A stretch of 64,000 nt of DNA from Patescibacteria group bacterium (GCA_041661625.1 JBAZUB010000001.1:523504-587503); one strand, 5' to 3'; positions 39,320-49,152 are shown, numbered from the stretch's first letter. The notes: generated by a model from the letters alone, not told the origin. Program-made: numbers and translations.

Positions 39320-41116
39320 ATGATTCAAGTATTAATAAAAACAGTGTCAAAAAAACCTCGTATCGTACTTGTGGTACTATTTGTCACACTAAGCTATGTA
39401 ACGATATTGCATAATACTCCTCAAGCTCGTGCAGACGCGTCTACCTACTATGTTCGGCCAACTGATTGCAGCGATGATGGCTCAGGATCATCGAATTTGC
39501 CTTACTGTACGATTCAGAAAGCGGCCAACACTGCCCGGGCGGGCGATACGGTTCTTTTGTACGACGGCATATACCGCTCGAGTACGAATACCACCTTCTC
39601 ATATTCCGGGACGGAATCGCAACCTATTACATTTCGGGCAATTGGAGACGGTGCCATCTTAACCGGAAACGTGCCGCTGGATGAATCATTGTTTCAAAAA
39701 ACTGCTGGCTTCACTTCGGTCTATGAAATAACTGAAGCGCAAATCCCCGCTTCCGCTTATTACCAGGGTGTGTTTGATATTGTAAGAAGCGGACTCGTCC
39801 AGCTAGACGGGCAGTCGGTGTATACCGGATATCGAAGTGACCAGTTTAATAATATCCTCCACGAAAACTCCGCCGTACCAGTAGCTAACATAGCCGCGGT
39901 CGACTCGACAACTTATTCGTGGTACTTCGATACCGAATCGCGCAAACTCTACATCCATACCCGCGAGGGTGACGCCCCGACCACACATGAGTGGGAAGTT
40001 AATCGACCTTTTGGAGGACGATTTCTCACGCTGGCGGCGTCGGTAAAGAACCTGGTGTTTGATGGTCTCATATTTCGCTATGCCTCGATCTATTTTGGTA
40101 ATAGAGGTAATGAAAATATTACCGTGCAAAATTTCGAAACCATAGGATCTGGAATGTCGATCGACGGAGGGGCAATCAATGTGACCTTCCAGAACTGCCA
40201 TATTCACGATACGCTGGTGGCGGTCAATGCGGGATATGACGGGTTGAATGTTTCGGAAAGTACGGGTGCTAAAATAATAAACTGTGTGATAGAGCGTGGC
40301 TGGAATAATATCCAGTGGGGCAATAACACTAACACGTTATTTGACCGGGTAATTTCACGCGATTGCCCAAATCATCCTATGAATGGATCGAACTCAATAA
40401 ATATGAGCGTGTCAAATTCTATCATCTTGCGTGGCCAAGAAGGTTTTTATATCCACGGCGATGTTGGTATGACCATTGGGAATTCATTGTTTTCTAGTTT
40501 ACTCATGGAACGTAGTTCAAATTATGAGTGTCGCATTCCCAATCAAATCACATTAAGAAATAATATTTTTAGTGGCTACTATATAAACGCCGTTGATTGT
40601 CCGGCTTTCACTTGGGCGGAAGTTCTGCTCGATTCCGATGATAATTACTTTCTTCCCACTGATGGTCCAGACTCCAACTGGCTCGCGCAGACCGGTTGGT
40701 TTGAGATCTGTCATACTACCCAAGACACACTTACGATCTGCCAGGGTATAACCGGACAGGACATGAACTCGCGGACAGCCGACGGAACACCGCTTTGGAC
40801 GGATTGGACAAGTGATAACTTTCATCTGCTTTCAGGCGCGCTCGTTGTAGATACTGGCGTCAACGTTGGTAATTCTCATGATTACGATAATGTCCCGCGT
40901 CCCAAAGGTGCTGGTTTCGATATTGGCGCTTTCGAATACGACCCCAATTGCACTCCCAACTGGTGGTGCACCAATTGGTCGGTGTGTGCTGATTCACAAC
41001 AAACCCGATCCTGCCATGATGATAATAATTGCGGTTCGGATGCTGGCCGGCCTGTTGAGTCAGCCGATTGCGATAGCACGGCGCCAGGGGTAGTGGTAGA
41101 TTTGATGGCCAACTAG
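39320..41116 (+). CDS. secreted right-handed beta-helix (pectate-lyase-fold) protein C sharing the Cys-rich TSP1-like C-terminal module of A/B
   Basis: Signal peptide; parallel beta-helix repeat pattern (NxxxxNCxIHD, GxxNxxxxNC); C-terminal CTPNWWCTNWSVCADSQQTRSCHDDNNCGSDAGRPVESADCDSTAPGVVVDLMAN ~80% nt identical to A's tail. Confidence 0.65.
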   Translation: MIQVLIKTVSKKPRIVLVVLFVTLSYVTILHNTPQARADASTYYVRPTDCSDDGSGSSNLPYCTIQKAANTARAGDTVLLYDGIYRSSTNTTFSYSGTESQPITFRAIGDGAILTGNVPLDESLFQKTAGFTSVYEITEAQIPASAYYQGVFDIVRSGLVQLDGQSVYTGYRSDQFNNILHENSAVPVANIAAVDSTTYSWYFDTESRKLYIHTREGDAPTTHEWEVNRPFGGRFLTLAASVKNLVFDGLIFRYASIYFGNRGNENITVQNFETIGSGMSIDGGAINVTFQNCHIHDTLVAVNAGYDGLNVSESTGAKIINCVIERGWNNIQWGNNTNTLFDRVISRDCPNHPMNGSNSINMSVSNSIILRGQEGFYIHGDVGMTIGNSLFSSLLMERSSNYECRIPNQITLRNNIFSGYYINAVDCPAFTWAEVLLDSDDNYFLPTDGPDSNWLAQTGWFEICHTTQDTLTICQGITGQDMNSRTADGTPLWTDWTSDNFHLLSGALVVDTGVNVGNSHDYDNVPRPKGAGFDIGAFEYDPNCTPNWWCTNWSVCADSQQTRSCHDDNNCGSDAGRPVESADCDSTAPGVVVDLMAN

Positions 41117-41160
41117 ATATCAACCAACCAACTTGAAGCCGATCAAGTGATTTTGTCGTC

Positions 41161-41189
41161 TTTACATTATCGCCTCTTCGGGGTATGAT
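41161..41189 (+). promoter_or_regulatory. sigma70-type promoter upstream of the nuclease-ECF operon
   Basis: TTTACA -17 nt- TATGAT. Confidence 0.45.
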
Positions 41190-41222
41190 GTTCGGGACTA
41201 TTAAGTATTTTACTGCCGATAT

Positions 41223-42005
41223 ATGTCAAAGTATTACACCCCGAAACGGGTAAAAAACGTCTTCGATCCAAAACAGAGCTTCCCGTTTCAAATCAGCCGA
41301 TCGAAAATCGACTTGTTTATGAACTGCCCCCGATGTTTTTATTTTGACCGGCGTCTGGGCGTGGCTCAGCCGCCTGGCTATCCATTTAGTTTAAACTCAG
41401 CCGTGGATACGCTTCTGAAAAAAGAATTCGACTCGCACCGCGCCGCCGGCACACCGCATCCAATGATGAAGGTTTACGGACTCGATGCCGTGCCCTATCA
41501 GCACGAGCAATTGGAAGCGTGGCGCGATTCGCTCCGGCGCGGCATTCAATATCTGCACCCGGGCACCAATCTTTTAATCAGTGGCGGCGTCGATGATGTT
41601 TGGGTTAACCCGACTGGCGAACTCATCATCGTTGATTATAAAGCTACCGCAAAAATCGGCGAAGTCAGCCTGGATGCCGATTGGCAAATCGGGTACAAGC
41701 GGCAGATGGAAGTTTACCAGTGGCTATTCCGCCAAAATGGATTTCAGGTTTCACCCACCGGTTATTTCGTTTATTGCAATGGCCAAACCGATCGAATCGC
41801 TTTTGATGCGAAACTGGAGTTTGAAGTTAAGTTGATCCCATACACCGGCGATACCCAGTGGATTGAACCGGCCTTGCTTATAATGAAACAGTGTCTGCAG
41901 TCGGCGTCACTGCCGCCCGTTGGAGCGGATTGTGATTATTGCCGGTATCGCGAAGCCATCAAATCGGTCGAACCCAAGTTAACCGGTGTGGGAAAATTAC
42001 TCTAG
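41223..42005 (+). CDS. PD-(D/E)XK nuclease superfamily protein, Cas4/RecB-like with 4-Cys Fe-S cluster (no CRISPR array present)
   Basis: N-terminal C-x2-C (NCPRC) + C-terminal C-x2-C (CDYC); GVDDVW...IVDYK (D...D/ExK) and QMEVYQWL (QxxxY) motifs. Confidence 0.6.
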   Translation: MSKYYTPKRVKNVFDPKQSFPFQISRSKIDLFMNCPRCFYFDRRLGVAQPPGYPFSLNSAVDTLLKKEFDSHRAAGTPHPMMKVYGLDAVPYQHEQLEAWRDSLRRGIQYLHPGTNLLISGGVDDVWVNPTGELIIVDYKATAKIGEVSLDADWQIGYKRQMEVYQWLFRQNGFQVSPTGYFVYCNGQTDRIAFDAKLEFEVKLIPYTGDTQWIEPALLIMKQCLQSASLPPVGADCDYCRYREAIKSVEPKLTGVGKLL

Positions 42006-42034
42006 CCTATAGGCGCCAATAATAGTGTAATATT

Positions 42035-42601
42035 ATGCCCGCATCAAACGATACAAGTACCACGGAGCCAACCGAAGCGGACATCCAGATCATTGTGTCT
42101 CGAGCCCAGCAAGGTGACGCGGACGGCTTCGCCCGCTTATTTGATATCTTCAGTAATCGGATCTACCGGTTCTTCCGAGTTCGTCTGTCTGACAATGAGA
42201 CCGCCGAAGACTTGACCCAGGTGGTTTTTCTAGAGATGCTCCAGGCTTTGGGCCGCTACAAAACTCATCCAGACGCCAAATTTTCGACCTGGTTGTTTCA
42301 GATCGCCCGCTTTCGATTGATTGACCACTATCGCCAGCATCGTCAGCACGTTTCAATCGACGATCTGCCGGCTCAAGCGCACCCAAATCTGTCCGTTGAC
42401 GCGGTGGCCTACGAGCTGCCGGTGGTCGATGATCTACTGAATCAATTGCCGGAAAACTACCGCACGATATTGCACCTGCGCTACCAGGAACAACTTAGTA
42501 CCAGCGAAATTGCTAAAGTTCTGAAAACCAGCGCCATCAATGTCCGAGTGCTGCATCACCGGGCAATTCGCGCCGCGCGTAAATTATTGCCACCAACCTA
42601 A
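42035..42601 (+). CDS. ECF-type RNA polymerase sigma-70 factor
   Basis: Region 2 (IYRFFRVRLSDNETAEDLTQVVFLEMLQAL...FSTWLFQIARFRLIDHYRQ) and region 4 HTH (LSTSEIAKVLKTSAINVRVLHHRAIRAARKLL). Confidence 0.8.
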   Translation: MPASNDTSTTEPTEADIQIIVSRAQQGDADGFARLFDIFSNRIYRFFRVRLSDNETAEDLTQVVFLEMLQALGRYKTHPDAKFSTWLFQIARFRLIDHYRQHRQHVSIDDLPAQAHPNLSVDAVAYELPVVDDLLNQLPENYRTILHLRYQEQLSTSEIAKVLKTSAINVRVLHHRAIRAARKLLPPT

Positions 42602-42605
42602 TTAT

Positions 42606-43739
42606 ATGAATATTCCATCCACCTCCGGATCAAAGCCCGATATCGCCGACCGGCTATGCCAAAACGCAAATGTCTGCCTGACATCGGATGCGCAACGGCG
42701 CATTCGGGAGCGTTTGTTGTCCGAATATCAGGAGCAGAAATACCGCTATTCAATGCCTCCGGTTTCCGCAACGCCCCGGCATCGCCTGGCTCCGGTAATT
42801 ATCTCCGTGGCCTTCGTGGTAATAATTGGCGCCGGGATTGGCACTGTTTCGGCTGCCAACGACGCTAAACCGGGCGATCTCTTATTTGGCATCGACCGAG
42901 CCGTAGAACGCGTCCAGCTGGCGGTTACGCCCGATCAGATCCAACGGGCCAAGCTGCTGGCCGACATTGCCCGGGAACGGGAACAAGAGCACCGAGATTT
43001 GAAGTTGACCGACAATACCGCGGCCGCCCAAAAAGCCGAACAGCTGGCCGTGGCCGCTGTTAGCCGGGCGGTTGAGACCAATGACACCGTTCGAGCTGAA
43101 TTGATCGAGCGGGGCGACAGTGCGGCCGTGACCGACTTGAACCAGGTTCGTAACGAAGTGGACTCGCTGACTAATTCAGAACCCAGCCCGGCCACCACAG
43201 GACTGACCGGCGTCAGCATAAAGATACAACAGCACTCGGCGACTGTAACCCTGAAACTGAACGCGGCTGTCGCTACCTTTCAGCTTCCAACCGACAATTT
43301 AGCCGAAATTGAACAAAGTATTGCCCAACGCACCGGCATCGGCTTGCCGGAGATCAAACAAATGGTCGTACTCGAGCCGGATCACGCGGCCGATGGCATA
43401 CCGAATTCCGAAACGCCCACTGGTGCCAACGATTCAAACACTAATTCCACGAATGATGGCCAACCGGTAAGTGATATTACTGCTGCCCCATCTACCGCCG
43501 ATACCAATTCAGCCGACCCGTCGCCGGTAAATGGTAGTACAATCTTGCCGGCAGGGTGGGACATAACAGTAACCACCCAGGACGACACGGCCAGCGTTGG
43601 AATCACGCAAAACGGTTTGGCGATCTTTGCCTGGACTCTCCCGACGGCTGACGCCGAGCAGATTATTGCCAGCATCAGCCAAAGAACTGGTTTAAGTGCT
43701 GATCAAATTCGTTCAACCTGGCATCTCGTAGCTGAGTAG
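42606..43739 (+). CDS. putative anti-sigma factor / single-pass membrane protein with extracytoplasmic domain
   Basis: Starts 4 nt after the ECF sigma stop; one TM (LAPVIISVAFVVIIGAGIGTVSA); Thr/Ala-rich periplasmic part. Alternative upstream start at 42540 overlaps the sigma gene. Confidence 0.45.
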   Translation: MNIPSTSGSKPDIADRLCQNANVCLTSDAQRRIRERLLSEYQEQKYRYSMPPVSATPRHRLAPVIISVAFVVIIGAGIGTVSAANDAKPGDLLFGIDRAVERVQLAVTPDQIQRAKLLADIAREREQEHRDLKLTDNTAAAQKAEQLAVAAVSRAVETNDTVRAELIERGDSAAVTDLNQVRNEVDSLTNSEPSPATTGLTGVSIKIQQHSATVTLKLNAAVATFQLPTDNLAEIEQSIAQRTGIGLPEIKQMVVLEPDHAADGIPNSETPTGANDSNTNSTNDGQPVSDITAAPSTADTNSADPSPVNGSTILPAGWDITVTTQDDTASVGITQNGLAIFAWTLPTADAEQIIASISQRTGLSADQIRSTWHLVAE

Positions 43740-43785
43740 TATCCAGTTGGAGCCGTCACTTCATTAACTGATATACCGAGAACTG

Positions 43786-44814
43786 ATGCAGCACTTGCCG
43801 CACCAAAATCATCGTCTATTGCCCTGGCCGATCGAATCGGCAGATTGGCCGGCTTTTCGTTACGCGCAGATTAATCGCGCCGTGTTTCATGATTTGATCG
43901 ACAATTGGTCACAGGCCACCACTTTGCCACAAACGGTTCGTGCCGGTTTGGCTAATACGTGGCCCTTGTCTTTTGAAGTTAGAAGATTGGAATCAAGCGA
44001 CCAACGCACCACGAAAGCGCTGATGACGCTGGCCGATGGTGCGGTAATTGAGTCAGTATTGATGCGCTACCCAAAACGCAATAGCGTCTGTGTTTCCTGC
44101 CAAGTAGGGTGCGCAGTTGGCTGCAGTTTCTGCGCCACTGGCCGGCTGGGTTTTCGGCGCAATTTAACGCCCTGGGAAATCATCAGCCAGGTCTTGCTAT
44201 TCAGCCGCCAATTGAAAGTCAAAAACGAGCGCGTCGACAGCGTCGTGTTTATGGGTATGGGTGAGCCCTTCCTGAACTACGAATCAGTTCTACCTGCAAT
44301 CCGATTGCTCAATGACCCGGCCGGCCTCAACCTGGGCGCCCGGCATATGTCGATTTCCACCAGCGGAATAGTTCCGGGTATCAGACGTTTTCTCAAAGAA
44401 CGCCTCGAGGTCAATTTGGCAATATCTTTGCACGCCCCCAATGACCGTCTGCGCACCCGCCTGATGCCGATCAACACCACCTACCCGCTCAAGACGCTAA
44501 TGTCCGCTGCGTCTGAATACGTGTCCAAAGCTCGACGCCGTTTGATGTTTGAATATATAATGATAGCGGGTCTGAACGATACCGACGATTGCGCCGAAGA
44601 GTTGGCAGCGCTGTTAAAACATCCGCTATATTTCGTGAATATCATACCGTACAATCTGACAGGCATTTATTCGCCCACTCCCGCCCACCAAGTAAAGCGC
44701 TTCATCAATCTGCTGCGCCGGCAACACGTCAGCGTTACCCAACGAGCCGAGTTCGGCCAGGAAATTATGGCAGCCTGCGGCCAGCTGGCCGGTCGGTCAG
44801 GACAGTCAAAGTAA
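43786..44814 (+). CDS. rlmN: 23S rRNA (adenine2503-C2)-methyltransferase RlmN (radical SAM)
   Basis: CQVGCAVGCSFCATG radical-SAM CxxxCxxC; MGMGEPFLNY and SGIVP motifs. Confidence 0.85.
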   Translation: MQHLPHQNHRLLPWPIESADWPAFRYAQINRAVFHDLIDNWSQATTLPQTVRAGLANTWPLSFEVRRLESSDQRTTKALMTLADGAVIESVLMRYPKRNSVCVSCQVGCAVGCSFCATGRLGFRRNLTPWEIISQVLLFSRQLKVKNERVDSVVFMGMGEPFLNYESVLPAIRLLNDPAGLNLGARHMSISTSGIVPGIRRFLKERLEVNLAISLHAPNDRLRTRLMPINTTYPLKTLMSAASEYVSKARRRLMFEYIMIAGLNDTDDCAEELAALLKHPLYFVNIIPYNLTGIYSPTPAHQVKRFINLLRRQHVSVTQRAEFGQEIMAACGQLAGRSGQSK

Positions 44815-44839
44815 TAATCATATCAGTAATAATTTATCT

Positions 44840-46846
44840 ATGTTTTTACAACGACGCTTGGACAGTTACGTAGCTCTGGTATCCAGTCTGATTATTGTCT
44901 TTATCGGCGCTACATTGTATATCGGGTTGGATCACAAGCTAAATCAAACAGCCGATACTAAACCATCCCCGAGGGAACTCCACTACCCCGGCAATGGTTA
45001 TTTTACCAGCGCCGACGATTTCAAGAGTTTTCTCCAAGAATCATCGAGTGTCAACGCTCGCAATTATTCCAACGCCAGGGTAACTGACTTAGCATTGCCG
45101 AATATGGCCGAGCAGGATGCGGCTGGTATTCTAAAATCGACCAGCGGCGCCAGCCGATATTCACAAACCAATGTCCAAGTGGCGGGCATCGACGAACCTG
45201 ATATCGTCAAGACAAATGGCCAAGAAATATTTATCTCTACCGAAAGCCCCTATTATGGCGCGGTTGAACCAGCTATACTGGAAGAAGACCAAGCGGTCAA
45301 GAGCAGCGCATCGAGTGAAACGGCCTTGCCCGCCCCCACCACTCCCACCCGGATTGTTTCTGCGCTTCCGGCTGACAAAGCCGCCGTCGCCAGCACGTTG
45401 GCCAAAACTGGCCCACTACTCTATGCGCAAGATACACTGGTTGTTTTTTCCACCGATAAAAAAGTGACGGGCTATAACGTAGCCGATCAAAATAAGCCAA
45501 CCCAAAGCTGGACTTACGACATTGATGGCTCGTATCTGACCGCGCGCCTGTGGCAGAATAAAATCTATCTGATTGTCGACGCTAGTATCGACGAATCAAA
45601 TCCCTGTCCGATCCAACCTCTAGCGACCGATCATACAACTATCACTATTCCTTGCAATCGGGTATACCATCCAGCCGCTGATACGGCCGTCGACTCAACC
45701 TATTCAGTCATGAAGATCGACCCCGCTACCGGCCAAGTTGAACAGTCGCTTTCGTTTGTCGGCAGTACCGACGCGTCAACTGTTTACGTATCGCCGAATG
45801 CTATTTATCTGACCCATCCCGCCGTGATCGACTATGCGGCTTACTCTTACACCTCGATGATTGAATCGGCGCTGACCCTGCTGCCTACCAGCGTTCAAGA
45901 TAAAATCACCCGGCTTAATACTTATGATATAAGCATCGAGGCCAAATATACGGAACTCCAATCAATCCTGGATGACTACTACAACTCGCTAACCGCCGAG
46001 GATCGTCTGCGCCAGCAAACCGCGATCGAAAAAAGCCTCGACGCGTACTTCCAGGAACATCGCCGCGAATTGGAGAAAACCGGCCTGACAAAAATAACCC
46101 TATCTGACCTGACAGTTACCGCTACCGGCGAAGTGCCCGGTTATCCCCTCAACCAATTCTCAATCGATGAATACCAGGGTAACCTGCGCATTGCCACCAC
46201 ATCAAGCAGTCAGTTCTCTTCTCTGGGCTCGGGGGACACCGCCAACGATATCTATGTCTTCGATAGCAAATTGGACAAGATCGGCCAGCTGCAAAATCTC
46301 GGATTGGGCGAGACAATATACTCCGCCCGTTTTGTCGGCAACCGCGGTTATTTAGTTACCTTCCGGCAGACCGATCCATTCTTCGTCCTCGACTTGTCCG
46401 ATCCCCGCAAACCTGAATTGAAGGGTGAATTGAAAATCCCCGGCTACTCATCATATCTTCACCCCCTAACCGATACATTAGTCCTGGGAGTTGGGGCTGA
46501 GAGCTCCCATGCGAAGTTATCGCTGTTTGACGTGACCGACGCCAATAAACCCATCGAGCTGGCAAATCAGAAATTGGATGACTACTGGTCCGAGGCGCAG
46601 AATAATCATCACGCCTTCCTTCAGGATGCACAACATAAAGTGTTCTTCCTGCCGGGCGGAACTAATGGTTACGTGTATAGCTACGACGCCAACACCCTGA
46701 CCCTGGCGAAAAAAGTAGATGGCCTGTCCATGAAACGGGCGGTATATCTCGATAACAATCTCTACATAATCGGCGAGTCGAGCCTGGTGGTGCTGGATGA
46801 AACCAATTGGAATCAAGTGGGTCAGCTTCAATATCCGACGAATTGA
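44840..46846 (+). CDS. secreted protein with C-terminal beta-propeller domain (COG4880-like)
   Basis: N-terminal TM/signal; C-terminal repeats ...IYSARFVGNRGYLVTFRQTDPFFVLDLSDP... match the secreted beta-propeller family. Confidence 0.5.
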   Translation: MFLQRRLDSYVALVSSLIIVFIGATLYIGLDHKLNQTADTKPSPRELHYPGNGYFTSADDFKSFLQESSSVNARNYSNARVTDLALPNMAEQDAAGILKSTSGASRYSQTNVQVAGIDEPDIVKTNGQEIFISTESPYYGAVEPAILEEDQAVKSSASSETALPAPTTPTRIVSALPADKAAVASTLAKTGPLLYAQDTLVVFSTDKKVTGYNVADQNKPTQSWTYDIDGSYLTARLWQNKIYLIVDASIDESNPCPIQPLATDHTTITIPCNRVYHPAADTAVDSTYSVMKIDPATGQVEQSLSFVGSTDASTVYVSPNAIYLTHPAVIDYAAYSYTSMIESALTLLPTSVQDKITRLNTYDISIEAKYTELQSILDDYYNSLTAEDRLRQQTAIEKSLDAYFQEHRRELEKTGLTKITLSDLTVTATGEVPGYPLNQFSIDEYQGNLRIATTSSSQFSSLGSGDTANDIYVFDSKLDKIGQLQNLGLGETIYSARFVGNRGYLVTFRQTDPFFVLDLSDPRKPELKGELKIPGYSSYLHPLTDTLVLGVGAESSHAKLSLFDVTDANKPIELANQKLDDYWSEAQNNHHAFLQDAQHKVFFLPGGTNGYVYSYDANTLTLAKKVDGLSMKRAVYLDNNLYIIGESSLVVLDETNWNQVGQLQYPTN

Positions 46847-46867
46847 TCGTGAATTATTGCTGAAGAT

Positions 46868-46900
46868 AGACGGAGCGCCAAACTTGACGCTCCGTTTTTG
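46868..46900 (+). terminator. rho-independent terminator
   Basis: gacggagcg-ccaaacttga-cgctccg followed by tttttg. Confidence 0.55.
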
Positions 46901-46940
46901 TCGCGGTATAGTGTGTGGTTATTAACTTAGGAACAACTAT

Positions 46941-47414
46941 ATGAATATTACTGTCGGACAAAAAGCGCCGGATTTCTCACTGGCCGATCAGAGCGGTCAG
47001 GTTCGCCACTTGAACCAATACCGCGGCAGTTGGGTATTGTTGTATTTTTACCCCCAAGATGACACGCCCGGCTGCACCACCGAAGCCTGCGGCCTGCGTG
47101 ATGCTTTCCCAGATTTTGGCAAATTAGACACCGTGGTTTTGGGCGTCAGCACCGATTCGGTGGCCAGCCACAAGAAGTTTGCCGCGAAGTACCATCTGCC
47201 GTTCACTATCCTGGCCGATGAGCAGAAAGAAGTGGTCAAACTTTACGGCGTTTGGGCGCCGAAGAAGTTTCTCGGCAAAGAATTTCTCGGTACGAAACGG
47301 GTTTCGTTTCTCATTGACCCCGCAGGCTTGATTGCCAAGATATATGACCCGGTCAAACCCGCCGCCCATACCGATGAAGTTAAACGCGATCTGAAAATAC
47401 TCCGCGGCAAATAA
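46941..47414 (+). CDS. bcp: thiol peroxidase / peroxiredoxin Bcp
   Basis: APDFSL...LLYFYPQDDTPGCTTEAC is the 1-Cys/atypical 2-Cys Prx (BCP) active site. Confidence 0.85.
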   Translation: MNITVGQKAPDFSLADQSGQVRHLNQYRGSWVLLYFYPQDDTPGCTTEACGLRDAFPDFGKLDTVVLGVSTDSVASHKKFAAKYHLPFTILADEQKEVVKLYGVWAPKKFLGKEFLGTKRVSFLIDPAGLIAKIYDPVKPAAHTDEVKRDLKILRGK

Positions 47415-47494
47415 ACGGCGCAGTCATCAGCTTGACTAAGTGGCGTGTTATTCGTTAGGCTTAGGGGGTATTTACTAAATCATTCTTATGCCCC

Positions 47495-48202
47495 ATGCCT
47501 GATTTTACACCGTATCGAATTGCGCGCCGGGAGCAGCTGACGCCCACGATTATTTCTTTTACCCTACAACCGGAAACGGGCCAGTTAATTGAATACCAGC
47601 CTGGGCAATTTGTCATGGTTGGAGTCTACGATAAAGCTGGTCAGATAATCGCCAAGAAACCCTATTCTATCTGCAGCACGCCCACCAACAAGCACGAACT
47701 CCAGCTTTCTTACAAGATCCAGGGGGAGTTTACGCATCGGCTGGCTGAGTTGCGGGAGAATGACCGGGTCGCGATCGCCGGGCCATTCGGCGTGTTTACC
47801 CTGCGTCCGCAGACCACCCGGGATGTAGTGCTGCTGGCTGGCGGCATCGGCCTGACGCCGTTGTTGGGTATGCTACGTTACGCGGCTGATAATAATATTA
47901 CGCAGAACTTCACCCTTCTGTACGCCGTTCGCAGTCCGGAAGAGCTAGCTTTCAAAACTGAATTGGATATACTGGCCCAACAACATCCCAACATCAAGTG
48001 CGTCTATTTTGCTGAATCATTCTCCGATGACTGGTCTGGCGAACGCGGACGGATTACGCCGGAACTGCTAAAAATATACAGTGATCCGATGGCAGCTAAA
48101 GAATACTACATTTGCGGACCGCCGATATTTATCCAAATAATGATCAAGCTATTGGCAGATGGCGGCGTCCCCGCCCAGCAGGTGCATAATGAGAAGTTTT
48201 AA
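47495..48202 (+). CDS. ferredoxin-NADP+ reductase-like FAD/NAD(P)-binding oxidoreductase
   Basis: KPYSICS (RxYS FAD motif) and GGIGLTPL (NAD(P) binding). Confidence 0.65.
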   Translation: MPDFTPYRIARREQLTPTIISFTLQPETGQLIEYQPGQFVMVGVYDKAGQIIAKKPYSICSTPTNKHELQLSYKIQGEFTHRLAELRENDRVAIAGPFGVFTLRPQTTRDVVLLAGGIGLTPLLGMLRYAADNNITQNFTLLYAVRSPEELAFKTELDILAQQHPNIKCVYFAESFSDDWSGERGRITPELLKIYSDPMAAKEYYICGPPIFIQIMIKLLADGGVPAQQVHNEKF

Positions 48203-48223
48203 ACTCTTCAAGCTAGTTTAAAC

Positions 48224-48253
48224 CGTAGGCGGGCAAACGTTTGCCCGCCTACG
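48224..48253. repeat. REP-like palindrome (CGTAGGCGGGCAAACGTTTGCCCGCCTACG), bidirectional terminator
   Basis: Perfect 13-bp stem; near-identical inner sequence to the 1123 copy. Confidence 0.6.
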
Positions 48254-48281
48254 TTATTGTATTCGCAAAAGTGGCTTGGTG

Positions 48282-49151
48282 CTACCTAAACTCCGCCAAG
48301 ATCTTCTTGGCCGCGGTTCTATTGGCCAGCTGCCGCACTAACGGCGCTTTTTGTAACTGGGGATGAAGTGATTCAAAAGTCGGTTTTGATTCTTGAAATA
48401 GAATCCCGATTGGCAGCTTTTCCATTTCACCGGCTTTGACATAAGCCTTTGCCCGATTATTGGCCAGCCAGTTGATTGTCTCCAGTTTGTATATGCGCAG
48501 CTTAACTTCCTCGCGTAAGTTTTTCTTGTCGTAAAATATCACGCAGGGCTGGATTACTTCGACCACCGCGAAACCGGGGTGCTTGATGGCAGCTTGGTAT
48601 AAATCTTTCAGATGGCTAACTTCGTCTGAAAACCCACGGGCGACAAACGTGGCGCCAGCCGTCAGAGCCATCTGCAAACCATTGAGCGGATATTCTTTTG
48701 CTCCGGTTGGGGCGGTTTTTGTTTTATCGCCGGTTTTGGTAGTGGGCGAAGTTTGGCCGGTCGTTAAACTATAGCGCTCATTATTATGCACAATCATGGT
48801 CATATCAATATTGCGCCGGCAGGCATGTAAGAAATGGTTGCCGCCCTCACCATATGCGCCGCCATCGCCGCCCATCGCTAATACCGTCAGGTCGTGATTG
48901 GCTAATTTAACTGCTTGCGCTACCGGCAGTGCCCGCCCGTGCAGACTGTGGAAACCGTACAGCCGATGCCAGTTGGCGCCATTACTGGAGCACCCGATAT
49001 CAAAAGCCATCATCACTTGATACGGTTTTAATCCCAGACCGCTGAGCGCCTGGGTCAACGCCGTCCACATGCCAAAGTTGCCACAACCGGGACACCAAGT
49101 CGGCTGATTCTGGTTCATAAAGCTTTGTGGCGATGTGGTTGAGGTGGGCAT
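48282..49151 (-). CDS. 2-oxoacid:ferredoxin oxidoreductase beta subunit (TPP-binding)
   Basis: CPGCGNFG...GGDGG..YGEGGNHF...TGQ; TPP-binding fold of the KorB/PorB family. Confidence 0.85.
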   Translation of the reverse strand: MPTSTTSPQSFMNQNQPTWCPGCGNFGMWTALTQALSGLGLKPYQVMMAFDIGCSSNGANWHRLYGFHSLHGRALPVAQAVKLANHDLTVLAMGGDGGAYGEGGNHFLHACRRNIDMTMIVHNNERYSLTTGQTSPTTKTGDKTKTAPTGAKEYPLNGLQMALTAGATFVARGFSDEVSHLKDLYQAAIKHPGFAVVEVIQPCVIFYDKKNLREEVKLRIYKLETINWLANNRAKAYVKAGEMEKLPIGILFQESKPTFESLHPQLQKAPLVRQLANRTAAKKILAEFR

Positions 49152-49152
49152 A

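Noticed and set aside
36012-41116. CRISPR array or tandem short repeats in the adhesin region suggested by identical small ORFs in the six-frame track (37281-37532 and 38829-39080)
   Set aside because: The identical small ORFs are antisense by-products of the single 653-bp segmental duplication; there is no short repeat-spacer periodicity. No CRISPR-like array was seen anywhere in the window.
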